Part shown: one piece after another, positions 9,429 to 18,416 of the stretch
How positions within the stretch are numbered: position 1 is the first letter of the stretch
How the letters are laid out: the number at the start of each line of letters is the position of its first letter
Translations under genes and position numbers: made by a program
NCBI GenBank assembly: GCA_030690265.1
Contig: JAUYHA010000071.1
Span: forward strand, 3,998-67,997
DNA: 64,000 nt
Direction of reading: 5' to 3'
Source: Dehalococcoidales bacterium
GTDB taxonomy: Bacteria; Chloroflexota; Dehalococcoidia; Dehalococcoidales; UBA2162
The notes under the pieces: model-generated
What the model was told of the DNA's origin: nothing
Database searches by the model: none
The model's input: the letters and a program-made list of their open reading frames with translations, nothing else

Positions 9429-10108
9429 CCGGTGCTCCTTGCCGGGGACATCTTGTAACCGGTACCACGGAATGTCTCTATGCTCACATCTGAGGCGGAG
9501 AGTTTGTCTCGCAGATTCTTAACGTGAACGTCGACAGTGCGTGTTTCGCCATAGTAATCATAACCCCAGACTATTTCCAGCAGTTTCTCCCGGCTCAATA
9601 CTATGCCGATGTTCTGAGCGAAGGCAGCCAGCAGGTCAAACTCCTTGACTCTCAATGCTACAGGTTTGCCCGCTACGGTTACTTCACGTGCCGGTAGGTC
9701 TATGCGGAGGTTACCGATTTCCATCATCTCTCGCGGCGTGGCTCCCGTTTGATACCTCCGGAGTACCGCCTTAACTCTGGCTGCCAGCTCCCTGGGATTA
9801 AACGGCTTGGTCAGGTAGTCATCGGCACCCAGCTCCAGGCCGATTATTTTATCAACATCTTCTTTGCGGGCGGTGAGCATAAGTATCGGTATGGCGCTTT
9901 TTGCTCTTATCTGACGGCACACCTCAAAACCATCGATATCCGGAAGCATCAGGTCAAGGATGATAAGGTCGGGGTTTACTGATTTTTGCTTTGAAATAGC
10001 TTCCCGGCCGTTAGCGGCGCTCTCTACTTTATAGCCGTCACGCTCGAGGTAGAGTCGGGCTAACTCGATGATATTTGATTCATCGTCCACAACAAGAATA
10101 GTCTGCAT
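9425..10108 (-). CDS. OmpR-family response regulator
   Basis: VVDDE, LDLMLP, GADDYLTKPF, RTVDVHV; overlaps the kinase start (ATGA). Confidence 0.95.
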   Translation of the reverse strand: MQTILVVDDESNIIELARLYLERDGYKVESAANGREAISKQKSVNPDLIILDLMLPDIDGFEVCRQIRAKSAIPILMLTARKEDVDKIIGLELGADDYLTKPFNPRELAARVKAVLRRYQTGATPREMMEIGNLRIDLPAREVTVAGKPVALRVKEFDLLAAFAQNIGIVLSREKLLEIVWGYDYYGETRTVDVHVKNLRDKLSASDVSIETFRGTGYKMSPARSTG

Positions 10109-10192
10109 CTCAATTCCAGAGCGAATGTTCTTGTGCCATTATACCAGAGTCCGGTCTGATTCCTACATTTTGCATCAATAGTTACTACAATT

Positions 10193-10336
10193 TGTCATTG
10201 CGAGAAGTCTTTCCTTGGAAGGACGACGAAGCAGTCCTTTCCCCCATGTCATTGCGAGGAACGCTAGTGACGAAGCAATCTAATAAAATATTCTAGAGAG
10301 TGCCACGCCCCGATGAAATCGGGGCTCGCAATGACA
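10193..10336. repeat. GTCATTGCGAG..CTCGCAATGAC palindromic repeats (two left arms, one right arm)
   Basis: Family consensus GTCATTGCGAG..CGAAGCAATC..CTCGCAATGAC. Confidence 0.85.
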
Positions 10337-10351
10337 GGATAGTTACCTGGA

Positions 10352-10404
10352 GAATTACCTGGAGGTAGATTGGATATGTTGCTTCGACTACCTCCAGGCA
10401 ATTC
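10352..10404. terminator. Long hairpin downstream of ORF 10421-11320
   Basis: GAATTACCTGGAGGTAG / CTACCTCCAGGCAATTC, 17-bp stem with one mismatch; no clear U-tract. Confidence 0.4.
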
Positions 10405-10420
10405 CCTCCTGCGACAGGTA

Positions 10421-11320
10421 TTAATGGGTGGTGCTGCTGCTGCTGCTGCTGCTGATTCCGGGTCTGGTGGCTGGTCTTGCCTGAGATTCCGGTTCGGGCT
10501 CAGGGAGAATCACGATAGGTTTCCTGGCGGGGGAGAATCCCTCCTTCCTGGTCACCAGAAGATAACCACCGGCTTTCTCAAAGGCATATTTTACCTTTCC
10601 GGCCCCGTTGGTGGTGCCGAGGAAAATACCGTAAGTATTGACGGCTTCTTCAAGAGCGGCATCAATTTCAGACTTGTCGCCGCTTTCCCTGATACTGGCT
10701 ATTCGCTCCTTCAGGGCTGCTGCGTCTTCCCGGGTAAATGCCCAGACACCGGCGTCTTTAACCGGGTCTTCGGTACCCCTCTGGAAAACAGTTATGGTTA
10801 TATTCTCATCAACCTGGGCTTTCGGCGGAGCATCTATTGCCAGAGCTGGCAAGTGCATACCGACCGCAATCGGTCTGGAGTCCGGTACGTACCCTCCTAA
10901 TATGGCTACGAGGACATAACGTCCTGAGGTCTCAAACGAATACCAGACCTTTCCTTCGCTATTAGTTCTGGCGATAAAGGTACCATGTATGCCTAACATG
11001 TTTTCGTATTCGGCAACGCTGGTATCAGGATTAGCGTTACGTTTCGCCTTTGCCATCTCCTGTCTCAGGTTCTCGGCTTCTTCTCTGGTCACCAGCCAAA
11101 CACCGGCACCCTCAACCGGCTCCTGGTCAGAGCATTGAAAAACAGTTATGGATATCTGCGTGTTGATGGGTGTTGCTAAAGGTGCGACAATAGCCAGTCC
11201 GTCACGGGGTGGGGTAGTATTTTCCTCACTATCTCCGGTCTGGGCAAACGCTGCAACCGGACTGACAATCATGCCGAGAAGTGCCACAGCAAACAGGGTT
11301 ATAATTGACCATTTTCTCAT
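10421..11320 (-). CDS. Secreted protein with two internal ~120-aa repeats
   Basis: Signal peptide (AFA-Q), AGGAGG RBS; LAI.AP..ITVFQ..PV..AGVW..TRE.A..TN..GKV.Y.FE..G.Y.LV occurs twice; Ser-rich tail. Confidence 0.85.
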   Translation of the reverse strand: MRKWSIITLFAVALLGMIVSPVAAFAQTGDSEENTTPPRDGLAIVAPLATPINTQISITVFQCSDQEPVEGAGVWLVTREEAENLRQEMAKAKRNANPDTSVAEYENMLGIHGTFIARTNSEGKVWYSFETSGRYVLVAILGGYVPDSRPIAVGMHLPALAIDAPPKAQVDENITITVFQRGTEDPVKDAGVWAFTREDAAALKERIASIRESGDKSEIDAALEEAVNTYGIFLGTTNGAGKVKYAFEKAGGYLLVTRKEGFSPARKPIVILPEPEPESQARPATRPGISSSSSSSTTH

Positions 11321-11571
11321 TTTTGTTTTACCTCCTGAATTTTTTGACTGAAGCCAGCGTCAATGACCGGGGCCCCTCAATCATTTGCTGCTAAACTTAA
11401 GTCTTATACTTATTAAAGAGTGCGATTGTTATCCCGGTTTTATCGCTGTGTAAATTCTCCGTAAAATTATTGAGCCGCAGATAACAGCTTGCTGGGGGGA
11501 GGAAAGCGGTTCGCCGCCAGGCGAAGCAAACATCAATCTTTTTTAAAGATAACAATGAATTTTCTGAAGGT

Positions 11572-12150
11572 TGACCCCATCTACTGTATCTCCTTCCCCT
11601 AAAATGAGCTTTGTATCAAAAGTGAGTTCCTCCTTGTCACCCTGAGCACATTCGCTCCGTTCACTCTGACGATAATCGGAACGAGTTCACTCTGACCTCG
11701 GTCTGAACTCGGTCTGAAGACGATAACCTGCTCCGAGCTTGTCGAGGCAAGTCGGAACGAGCTCAGTGTAAACTCAGCGAAGGGTATCGGTGTGGTGGGA
11801 ACTAGCGATTCACCACCAGCCCCACGACCAGATTCTTTGTCGCTTCACTCTGACGAATAACACGATACCGCTTCTCGTTACAGGTAATCGGAACGAGTTC
11901 GCTCCTCAGAATGACATTTGATATAAGACCCCTAACATGGGAAGGGGAAGAAAAGGAAAGGCTGTCCGAAAACAAGGAATCCCTTATTTGTCATTCCGTG
12001 CTTGACACGGAATCCAGAAGTGGTGATGAGGTAGTCTGGATTCTGGCTCCCGTATCAGGTACGGGACAGGCTTCGCCAGAATGACATTTTCGAACAACCT
12101 TAAAACATTTCCCCTTCTCCCGTGGGAGAGGGGGATAAAGGGGGTGAGGG
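11572..12150. mobile_element. Multi-level nested repeat locus (A element containing shells W2 and W1, palindromes and micro-modules)
   Basis: W2 11606-11931, W1 11960-12099, flanked by A and A' arms. Confidence 0.8.
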
Positions 12151-12324
12151 CAAAGGGTGCAGGGAGCGCATGAAAAAGTATTGACTGAGGCTGGGCGGTA
12201 CGTAAGCCCCCCAGCTTGCTGGGGGCACGTTACTTGGGGTAGAAAGAGCGCAGAGGTTAGATTGCCGTTTGATGCTTTTAGGGGTATTATGGGTACGGAA
12301 GAATCGGAATCCGGGGGAAGGCTT

Positions 12325-12471
12325 TTGTTAAAGGAATTCGTGTTTTATTCAGTTGCCGCCGGTGTTATTGGTTTGATAGCCCAGCTTGCCGGGGCTAGCC
12401 TTCCCGTAATTCTGTTTTCGTCTTTGCTGGTCCCTCCTGTTTTCCTGCTTATAGTCAGAATTCTCCGCTAA
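12325..12471 (+). CDS. Small two-TM membrane protein (48 aa)
   Basis: 3' part of ORF 12157; TTG start after GGGGGAAGG; upstream TTGCCG-N17-TATTAT; hydrophobic. Confidence 0.5.
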   Translation: MLKEFVFYSVAAGVIGLIAQLAGASLPVILFSSLLVPPVFLLIVRILR

Positions 12472-12591
12472 GGCTTGATAGACGGCTTTTCCCTTGCTAA
12501 AAAGGAATGCGGGTAATCCCGGCCTGGAAAACAGGAAAGAGCGAACACGGGGTGAGCTTTTAGGCAGGATGCGGGGAAGTACTGCCCAGGA

Positions 12592-14199
12592 TTATCGGTG
12601 AACTTGAGCTTTGCTGAAAACGCTTCTTATTTCAGGGTGGAGGTTGCCTAATTCGGCGACAGCTTCATACCTGATTTTATCAATTTCCCTTTGTTTTTCT
12701 TCAAATTCACCGTTGGAATAAAGCTTTTCCGGGTGCATACAGATGTCATCAACAACCCTGATTGCTGCCGGCACCTGAAAGCCGGTAGGAGAATCCACCC
12801 AGTCTTCAAGCCCGCCTCTCACTAAAGAATCCAGTATTCCCATGGTGGCTTCTAACCGTATATCTTTGTGACGCTCTCCCTCACCGACCCCTCCGGTATT
12901 TAGCAGGTAAAAATTTAAGTGGGGAATGCCTTTTATTATTTCATAGAAAATATTGGCGTGTTCGGTTAAATCACCGGCGACAAAGGGGTCATAGAAAAAT
13001 TCGCTCCGAATCGTTCCAGCCCTGGTCGGGTCTCCGGCGGAGGACTCCATTGCCTGCCCCAGCACCATCAGGGCTGCCGCCTGTTCCCTGGTTAGTTTTG
13101 ATATTGCCGGAATTATCGGTCCTCTGGTGATGAGAACCAGGTTATCCACCCTGTCCACACAAATATGGGGGCTGGCGTGCATAAAAGCTTTTCTAAGGAT
13201 GACGGCTCTGCCATTTGAGGTTCTCTGGAAATCGTAAAAATCAAGGTCCCCATCGTCATCTACGCAAACATTTTCCAGCACGGTTTCCGGTTTTAACAGA
13301 CCGTAATATATTTCGAGCTGTTCTCCTGGATTGACACCTTCTGTTTTGGCAAATATCCCACCTGCCTCAAAGCCGCAAAAAGAGCCATCGGGCATAAGAG
13401 TACCCCCATCATCCTGGACAAGCCAGGACTTTTCCTTTCCCTTTCTAGCCAGTATCCGGCTGGTAGTGGTTGTTTTGCCGTTGGCGCTTAAGGCAATCAG
13501 CAATGTTCTCACCGTACGGTAGTCTCCGTGGATTGACTGAAGATAGTCTTCTCTACAGCCGGCGTGCAGGAAAATGCTGCCCTTTCTCGTCTTGGCCACC
13601 CAGTCTTCGGCGGCGAAGATGCCTTTCTTATACTCACCTATGTAGTTGCCGTTCCTGATTATCTTGACAAATCTTCCGTCAGGCAGCATAGCCAGTCTTA
13701 TGGTGATATCTTTATCAGGAAGTGCCTTGTTTTGGTTGGTTTTAAAGGCTTCATCAGCGAAAAATAAGATTTGATAAGTTGGCTCTTCAATTTTTTTCTT
13801 AACCGGTATAAAAAGATTACCCCCGCCGTAGGCAACATGGGCAAACCGCTCGGGAACGATAAGCCTTACTGTCGTGTCACTGCTCTCATTACCCACAATC
13901 CGGTCAATTGAAATCAGCCTCTCTTTAGCCAGAGCTTCTTCACACTGAGCCAGCAGCTCTATCTCTTCCTGACCAAAGGGGTGGTCGACGCTGTTCCTGG
14001 TGAACATGGCGGACCGGGAGGTAGGCTCACTTTCCGCCACAAAATTGCCATACATTGTTTTCCTGACCCCGGGCTGTTTTTCCACGAGGTCTCTCAGAAC
14101 TTCATCAGAGGGGTTATCTTTTAATCTACCTTCCTCTATTGCCTTTGCTCTGATGCTGTCAGCCGTCTGAACGAACCGTTCCAGATTAAATTCTGCCAT
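12592..14199 (-). CDS. pckA: Phosphoenolpyruvate carboxykinase (ATP), divergent
   Basis: NYIGEYKKG, FLHAG, LSANGKTTT, QDD, FEAGGIFAKT, VLENV, SNGRA, LLNTG. Confidence 0.82.
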   Translation of the reverse strand: MAEFNLERFVQTADSIRAKAIEEGRLKDNPSDEVLRDLVEKQPGVRKTMYGNFVAESEPTSRSAMFTRNSVDHPFGQEEIELLAQCEEALAKERLISIDRIVGNESSDTTVRLIVPERFAHVAYGGGNLFIPVKKKIEEPTYQILFFADEAFKTNQNKALPDKDITIRLAMLPDGRFVKIIRNGNYIGEYKKGIFAAEDWVAKTRKGSIFLHAGCREDYLQSIHGDYRTVRTLLIALSANGKTTTTSRILARKGKEKSWLVQDDGGTLMPDGSFCGFEAGGIFAKTEGVNPGEQLEIYYGLLKPETVLENVCVDDDGDLDFYDFQRTSNGRAVILRKAFMHASPHICVDRVDNLVLITRGPIIPAISKLTREQAAALMVLGQAMESSAGDPTRAGTIRSEFFYDPFVAGDLTEHANIFYEIIKGIPHLNFYLLNTGGVGEGERHKDIRLEATMGILDSLVRGGLEDWVDSPTGFQVPAAIRVVDDICMHPEKLYSNGEFEEKQREIDKIRYEAVAELGNLHPEIRSVFSKAQVHR

Positions 14200-14230
14200 T
14201 TTCCCCCTCCGTCCTTAGTTTTTGGTTTCA

Positions 14231-14347
14231 CGTCATTCTGGCGAAGCCTGTCCCGTACCTGATACGGGAGCCAGAATCCAGCCGTCACCCAACCCCTGGA
14301 TTCCAGCCAGAGTTTATCCCGTACTGGGATACGGGGCTGGAATGACA
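14231..14347. repeat. CGTCATTC..GAATGAC palindromic repeat with nested modules
   Basis: 14232-14281 is the exact reverse complement of 12036-12085. Confidence 0.85.
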
Positions 14348-14500
14348 GTTGTAAATATAGCCTGGGTTATTCAAGCTATTTCTAAAGCACCATATTAAGA
14401 TTATAGCATTATTTTATCTGGTTAATCTGTGCTACAATTACAATAATCTAACATTTTTTAGCTGTGGCTGAGTTCCGGTTTAAAAAATACGCAGGTTGTA

Positions 14501-14998
14501 ATGGCTATGATCCGCCAATGCCAGCGGAGTGATACCGAACGGATATATTTTATTATTAATGAGGCAGCCAGAGCCTATGAAGGAGTCATACCGGCGGACT
14601 GTTATCATCAGCCTTACATGCCTATGGAGGAACTTAACCGGGAAAGCAAACGTATGGCTTTCTTTGGCTGGGAGGTAGATGGAGGGCTGGTCGGGATAAT
14701 GGGGTTTGAGCCGATTAAGGATGTTTATCTGATACGCCATGCTTATGTATTGCCCCGGTGGCAGCGGCATGGAATCGGCAGCAAACTCTTAAATCACCTT
14801 AAAACATTGGTCACTACTTCTCGGCTGCTGGTTGGTACCTGGGCTGATGCCAACTGGGCAATTCGCTTCTACCAGAAACACGGCTTTACTCTTCTTGCCG
14901 ATAAAGACGAGCTGCTTAAAACCTACTGGGATATTCCTCAGCGCCAGGTTGAGACTTCGGTAGTCCTGGGTATAAATTTGATACGCAGAACAAGATAA
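14501..14998 (+). CDS. GNAT acetyltransferase
   Basis: YVLPRWQRHGIGSKLL, AIRFYQKHGF. Confidence 0.9.
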   Translation: MAMIRQCQRSDTERIYFIINEAARAYEGVIPADCYHQPYMPMEELNRESKRMAFFGWEVDGGLVGIMGFEPIKDVYLIRHAYVLPRWQRHGIGSKLLNHLKTLVTTSRLLVGTWADANWAIRFYQKHGFTLLADKDELLKTYWDIPQRQVETSVVLGINLIRRTR

Positions 14999-15017
14999 TG
15001 TGTCAGGAGGTCAGGAG

Positions 15018-15935
15018 ATGTTGTCAGTGAAGGAAAAAGAACTAATTTTGGCGGAGCCGGACAGGTTTGTCGAGGAAGAAATTAAGGCATTCGCCGCCAC
15101 CGCTCCGGCTAACCGCCTCTCATTTCTTTCTGACCATATTATTTTTGATGAGCCGCTGGTAAGGTTTGCCGCTGGTGATGACCCTATCTTCACTGAATAC
15201 AAGACCATTATCGCTTCTACCCACCTCACCCCCCGTGAGGCGTTGGCTCGAGCCTGCAATAAGAGCCCTGAAGATATGCCGGAGCGCCTTTCAGTGATAA
15301 GCTGGATTTTGCCCGTCACGGAGAAGACCTGTAAATCTAACCGCAGCGAGAGGCTCGCGCCCAGTCGGCTCTGGTCACACACCCGCTGGTATGGCGAGAA
15401 ATTTAATGATGCAATGCGGAAGTATGTGGTGGAACTGCTCGGTGGAGCGGGCTATCTGGCAGCGGCGCCGGTGTTGCAGCACTACTTCAAAACGGATAAA
15501 AATGAGAAAGGACCTTACTCAAACTGGTCAGAACGCCATATTGCTTATGCTGCCGGGCAGGGCACCTTCAGCCTTTCCGATGGCTTTATTACCGAGCGGG
15601 GTATCGCCCACCGCTGCGGCAGCGTGGTTACTGACCTGGTGCTGCCGGCAAGCCCGAGAATAGCAGAGAACCATCTCTCAAACTGCCTGTTCTATGTGGA
15701 TGGTAGCTGTAATGCCTGTGTCGTCCGTTGTCCTGCCGGGGCTATTACCGAGCAAGGGCACGATAAGATAAAATGCCGGGCGTATCTGGAGAGTATCGGT
15801 TATTACACGGCATTGAAAGAAGGCTATGACAATGAGAAGAGCGTAGCCGGCTGTGGACTTTGCCAGACAAAGGTGCCCTGCGAATACCGAATCCCGGCGA
15901 AAATAGAAAAGATACGGAAGAAGCAGGCAGAGTAG
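15018..15935 (+). CDS. Epoxyqueuosine reductase-like 4Fe-4S protein
   Basis: WSERHIAYAAGQG, GSVVTD, CNACVVRCP, CGLCQTKVPC. Confidence 0.8.
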   Translation: MLSVKEKELILAEPDRFVEEEIKAFAATAPANRLSFLSDHIIFDEPLVRFAAGDDPIFTEYKTIIASTHLTPREALARACNKSPEDMPERLSVISWILPVTEKTCKSNRSERLAPSRLWSHTRWYGEKFNDAMRKYVVELLGGAGYLAAAPVLQHYFKTDKNEKGPYSNWSERHIAYAAGQGTFSLSDGFITERGIAHRCGSVVTDLVLPASPRIAENHLSNCLFYVDGSCNACVVRCPAGAITEQGHDKIKCRAYLESIGYYTALKEGYDNEKSVAGCGLCQTKVPCEYRIPAKIEKIRKKQAE

Positions 15936-15966
15936 TGCCCGATTGATACCTTTTGCCCAAAAGCCC

Positions 15967-16200
15967 CTATAGCTCAGTTTCCAGAAGGGTTGTCGTATCC
16001 TGAACACCCTGAATGCCGCGGACTTCACCAACGACTATCTTGGTCAGTTCAAAAAGGCTCTTGGCTTCAGCGATAGCGATGGCGTCCCACTGACCGAAGA
16101 CGAGATTGATACCCGTGACTCCTTGAGTGGCTCTAATCTGGGTTAGAGCATCTGATTCCAACCCCGGCACCAGCTTGATGAGAAGATAACCTTTCACCAT
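15967..16200 (-). CDS. Lrp/AsnC ligand-binding (RAM) domain protein
   Basis: GYLLIK..PG.E, VFGQWDAIA, GVQDTTTL. Confidence 0.88.
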   Translation of the reverse strand: MVKGYLLIKLVPGLESDALTQIRATQGVTGINLVFGQWDAIAIAEAKSLFELTKIVVGEVRGIQGVQDTTTLLETEL

Positions 16201-16240
16201 ATAGAAGTATTATATTCCTTCCTGGTCTTATTGACAAGTC

Positions 16241-16385
16241 TAACCCCATCCCCTTTATCCCCTTCAGGGAGAACCCCTCTGGGTGAACTCGGGCTGAACC
16301 CTTCAGGGTGAACCCTTCCCCTTGTCAAGGGGAAGGGGAAGAAAATTTTAGAGAGGGGCTTTGCCCCTCTCTTACCTACACTCCC
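16241..16385. repeat. A/B hairpin element with nested TTCACCCTGAAGGG composite
   Basis: 16261-16315 is a near-identical reverse complement of 25391-25444 and 30127-30180. Confidence 0.85.
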
Positions 16386-16470
16386 CTATTCTCGGCGATA
16401 GATTGAAAGCTAGGTGGCGCTGAGAATAGAAATAAAACCAAAAGAAAATAACATATAACCAAATCTATGT

Positions 16471-17079
16471 TCAGACCTCAATTCTCAAAAACACATTTCT
16501 AAAAAGCTTCCCATTATGAGCATAAGCTTCAGGCCAATATTTAGGGTATTTCACTTTAATGCCATCACTGCCTAATTCATATGCGAAAACCTCTGACTCA
16601 ACACTGTGAAGAGCAGTCATTTTAATTTTTGCTATAGCTTGCAGTTTTTCTCTTTCAGTTGGCACTTTTGGGTTTAAGTGATGGTAATCATTCCGCCCTT
16701 TCCATATTTCTTTGAAGTATTTATAGCAATCAGATGTTACTTTCTTTCTACGGCGTAGAGCAAGGGTATTCTTCTCAAAATCGTTAGTGGCATTCCACCC
16801 GCTTCTTTCACATAAAAAACGAGCTAATGCTTCGGCTACAGCTTGGCAAAGGGCTATACAGGCGAAGAAATGACCATCGCGGTAGAGACGTATACACTCG
16901 TCAGAGATTAGTCCAAAAGGCTGCTCATTAGGCCTAATCTCAGTAAAATTAAGTTCTAGATAACGTGTTACTCGCTCGCTTATTGTGCGAAGACAATCGG
17001 CTCTTAGCGTATCTTCTAAGTCACGGCGTCTAATCATCTTGCGTATTTTTTCCTCGTCCATCTTAGCCATAGTGTACAA
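16471..17079 (-). CDS. Orphan HEPN/DUF4145-like protein
   Basis: LYRDGHFFACIALCQAVAEAL and RNDYHH (Rx4H); visibly AT-richer than neighbours. Confidence 0.6.
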   Translation of the reverse strand: MYTMAKMDEEKIRKMIRRRDLEDTLRADCLRTISERVTRYLELNFTEIRPNEQPFGLISDECIRLYRDGHFFACIALCQAVAEALARFLCERSGWNATNDFEKNTLALRRRKKVTSDCYKYFKEIWKGRNDYHHLNPKVPTEREKLQAIAKIKMTALHSVESEVFAYELGSDGIKVKYPKYWPEAYAHNGKLFRNVFLRIEV

Positions 17080-17101
17080 CTCCTTAATAAACGGTTAACC
17101 C

Positions 17102-18349
17102 TTACCTCTCCCCCCACACTCCATCCCCTCTAACTTTGACTAGTTTTACTGGTAAAATCTTATTGGTTAAATCATCGTCACTTCTGGTATTGACCTTGAT
17201 ATAGTTATCGGTGTAGCCGGACCATAGCCCGCCAGATTGCTGCTCCCAGAGTACCGGCATAATCTTACCTAAAAATTTCTGCCTGAAGTTTCGGGCGCTT
17301 TCTCTGGCTAGAGCCAGCATCTTCCGGCTCCGCTGCTTTTTGACCTGAGCGCTGATTTGGTAGGGAAGTCGGGATGCCTGAGTTCCCTGACGTGGCGAGT
17401 AGGCAAATACGTGAATACGGGCAAATTCCAGCTGCCGACAAAGCTCGTGGCTTTCTTCAAACTCCTCCTCAGTCTCACCGGGAAAGCCGGTAATTATATC
17501 GGTGGTGATGGCGGCATCGGGCAGAAGCCTCCGGATTAAAGATACCGCCTCCTGATAGCTGCCAGCCGAGTATTGCCGCCTCATCCGCCTGAGCACAGTG
17601 TCACTGCCACTCTGTAGAGAGAGGTGGAAATGGGGGCACAGCCTCCGGTTGCGCCACAGCCCGACGAGTTCCGGGGAGATTTCCCGGGGCTGGAGAGAAG
17701 AAAGCCGCAATCTGGCTACATCGGTTTCGGCCAGGATATTCTCCAGCAGCCTCTTCAGGTCAACTCCGTCAGAGTGATAGGAACCAACCTCGGTCCCGGT
17801 TAGGACCACTTCTTTAACACCATCAGCTACCCGCTGTCTCACCTCAGCTACAACCCGGTCTGCGGGCAGGCTTTTCTCTCTTCCCCGTACCAGAGGCACG
17901 ATGCAGTATGAGCAGAAGCTGTTACAGCCGTCCTGAATCTTGATGAAGGAGCGGGTGCGGAAGACAGGCTTATGACTGGCAGAGTCGTCTCCTTTGATGT
18001 AAGTCGTCCTATTCAGGTACTCTTCCAGCAGGGGCAGTAAACGGGTCTTCTCATTGTTGCCCGCCACCAGGTTAACTCCGTCAATCTGTGCCAGCTCCCG
18101 GGGCAGTCGCTGAGCATAGCAGCCGGTAACCGCCAGCAGGGCTTCAGGATTCCGGCGATGAGCCTGACTGAGCAGGTGGCGCGATTTGGCGTCGGCGGTG
18201 TGAGTCACAGTACAGGTGTTCAGTATGTAAATGTCAGCCTCATCTACCGATGAGACCAGCCTGTGTCCCGCTTCGGTGAACTGTCTGGCTAAGGACTCCG
18301 TTTCAGCTTGATTCAGTTTGCAACCCAGGGTTTCTAAGGCGATTTTCAT
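17102..18349 (-). CDS. mtaB: tRNA t6A37 methylthiotransferase
   Basis: TLGCKLNQAE, NTCTVT, KIQDGCNSFCSYC, RLRLSS, HLSLQSG. Confidence 0.92.
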   Translation of the reverse strand: MKIALETLGCKLNQAETESLARQFTEAGHRLVSSVDEADIYILNTCTVTHTADAKSRHLLSQAHRRNPEALLAVTGCYAQRLPRELAQIDGVNLVAGNNEKTRLLPLLEEYLNRTTYIKGDDSASHKPVFRTRSFIKIQDGCNSFCSYCIVPLVRGREKSLPADRVVAEVRQRVADGVKEVVLTGTEVGSYHSDGVDLKRLLENILAETDVARLRLSSLQPREISPELVGLWRNRRLCPHFHLSLQSGSDTVLRRMRRQYSAGSYQEAVSLIRRLLPDAAITTDIITGFPGETEEEFEESHELCRQLEFARIHVFAYSPRQGTQASRLPYQISAQVKKQRSRKMLALARESARNFRQKFLGKIMPVLWEQQSGGLWSGYTDNYIKVNTRSDDDLTNKILPVKLVKVRGDGVWGER

Positions 18350-18416
18350 ATTGACTACTTAACGGCAAATATATTATACTAGCCCTAATCTAAAGCTGGC
18401 AAACTGAGGGGGTAAC

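Noticed and set aside
10432-10453. GCT microsatellite as a phase-variation switch
   Set aside because: In-frame triplet encoding a terminal Ser tract; slippage would not shift the frame
11501-11514. Second NrpR-like site GGAAAGCGGTTCGC
   Set aside because: Right half-site is poor and no nitrogen gene is adjacent
11660-11897. CRISPR array (recurring ~26-nt unit with inserts)
   Set aside because: Inserts fall inside the unit, recur identically at other loci, lack regular periodicity, and no cas genes are present
12157-12324. N-terminal extension of ORF 12157
   Set aside because: Starts at the repeat edge and spans a promoter-like sequence; TTG at 12325 is preferred
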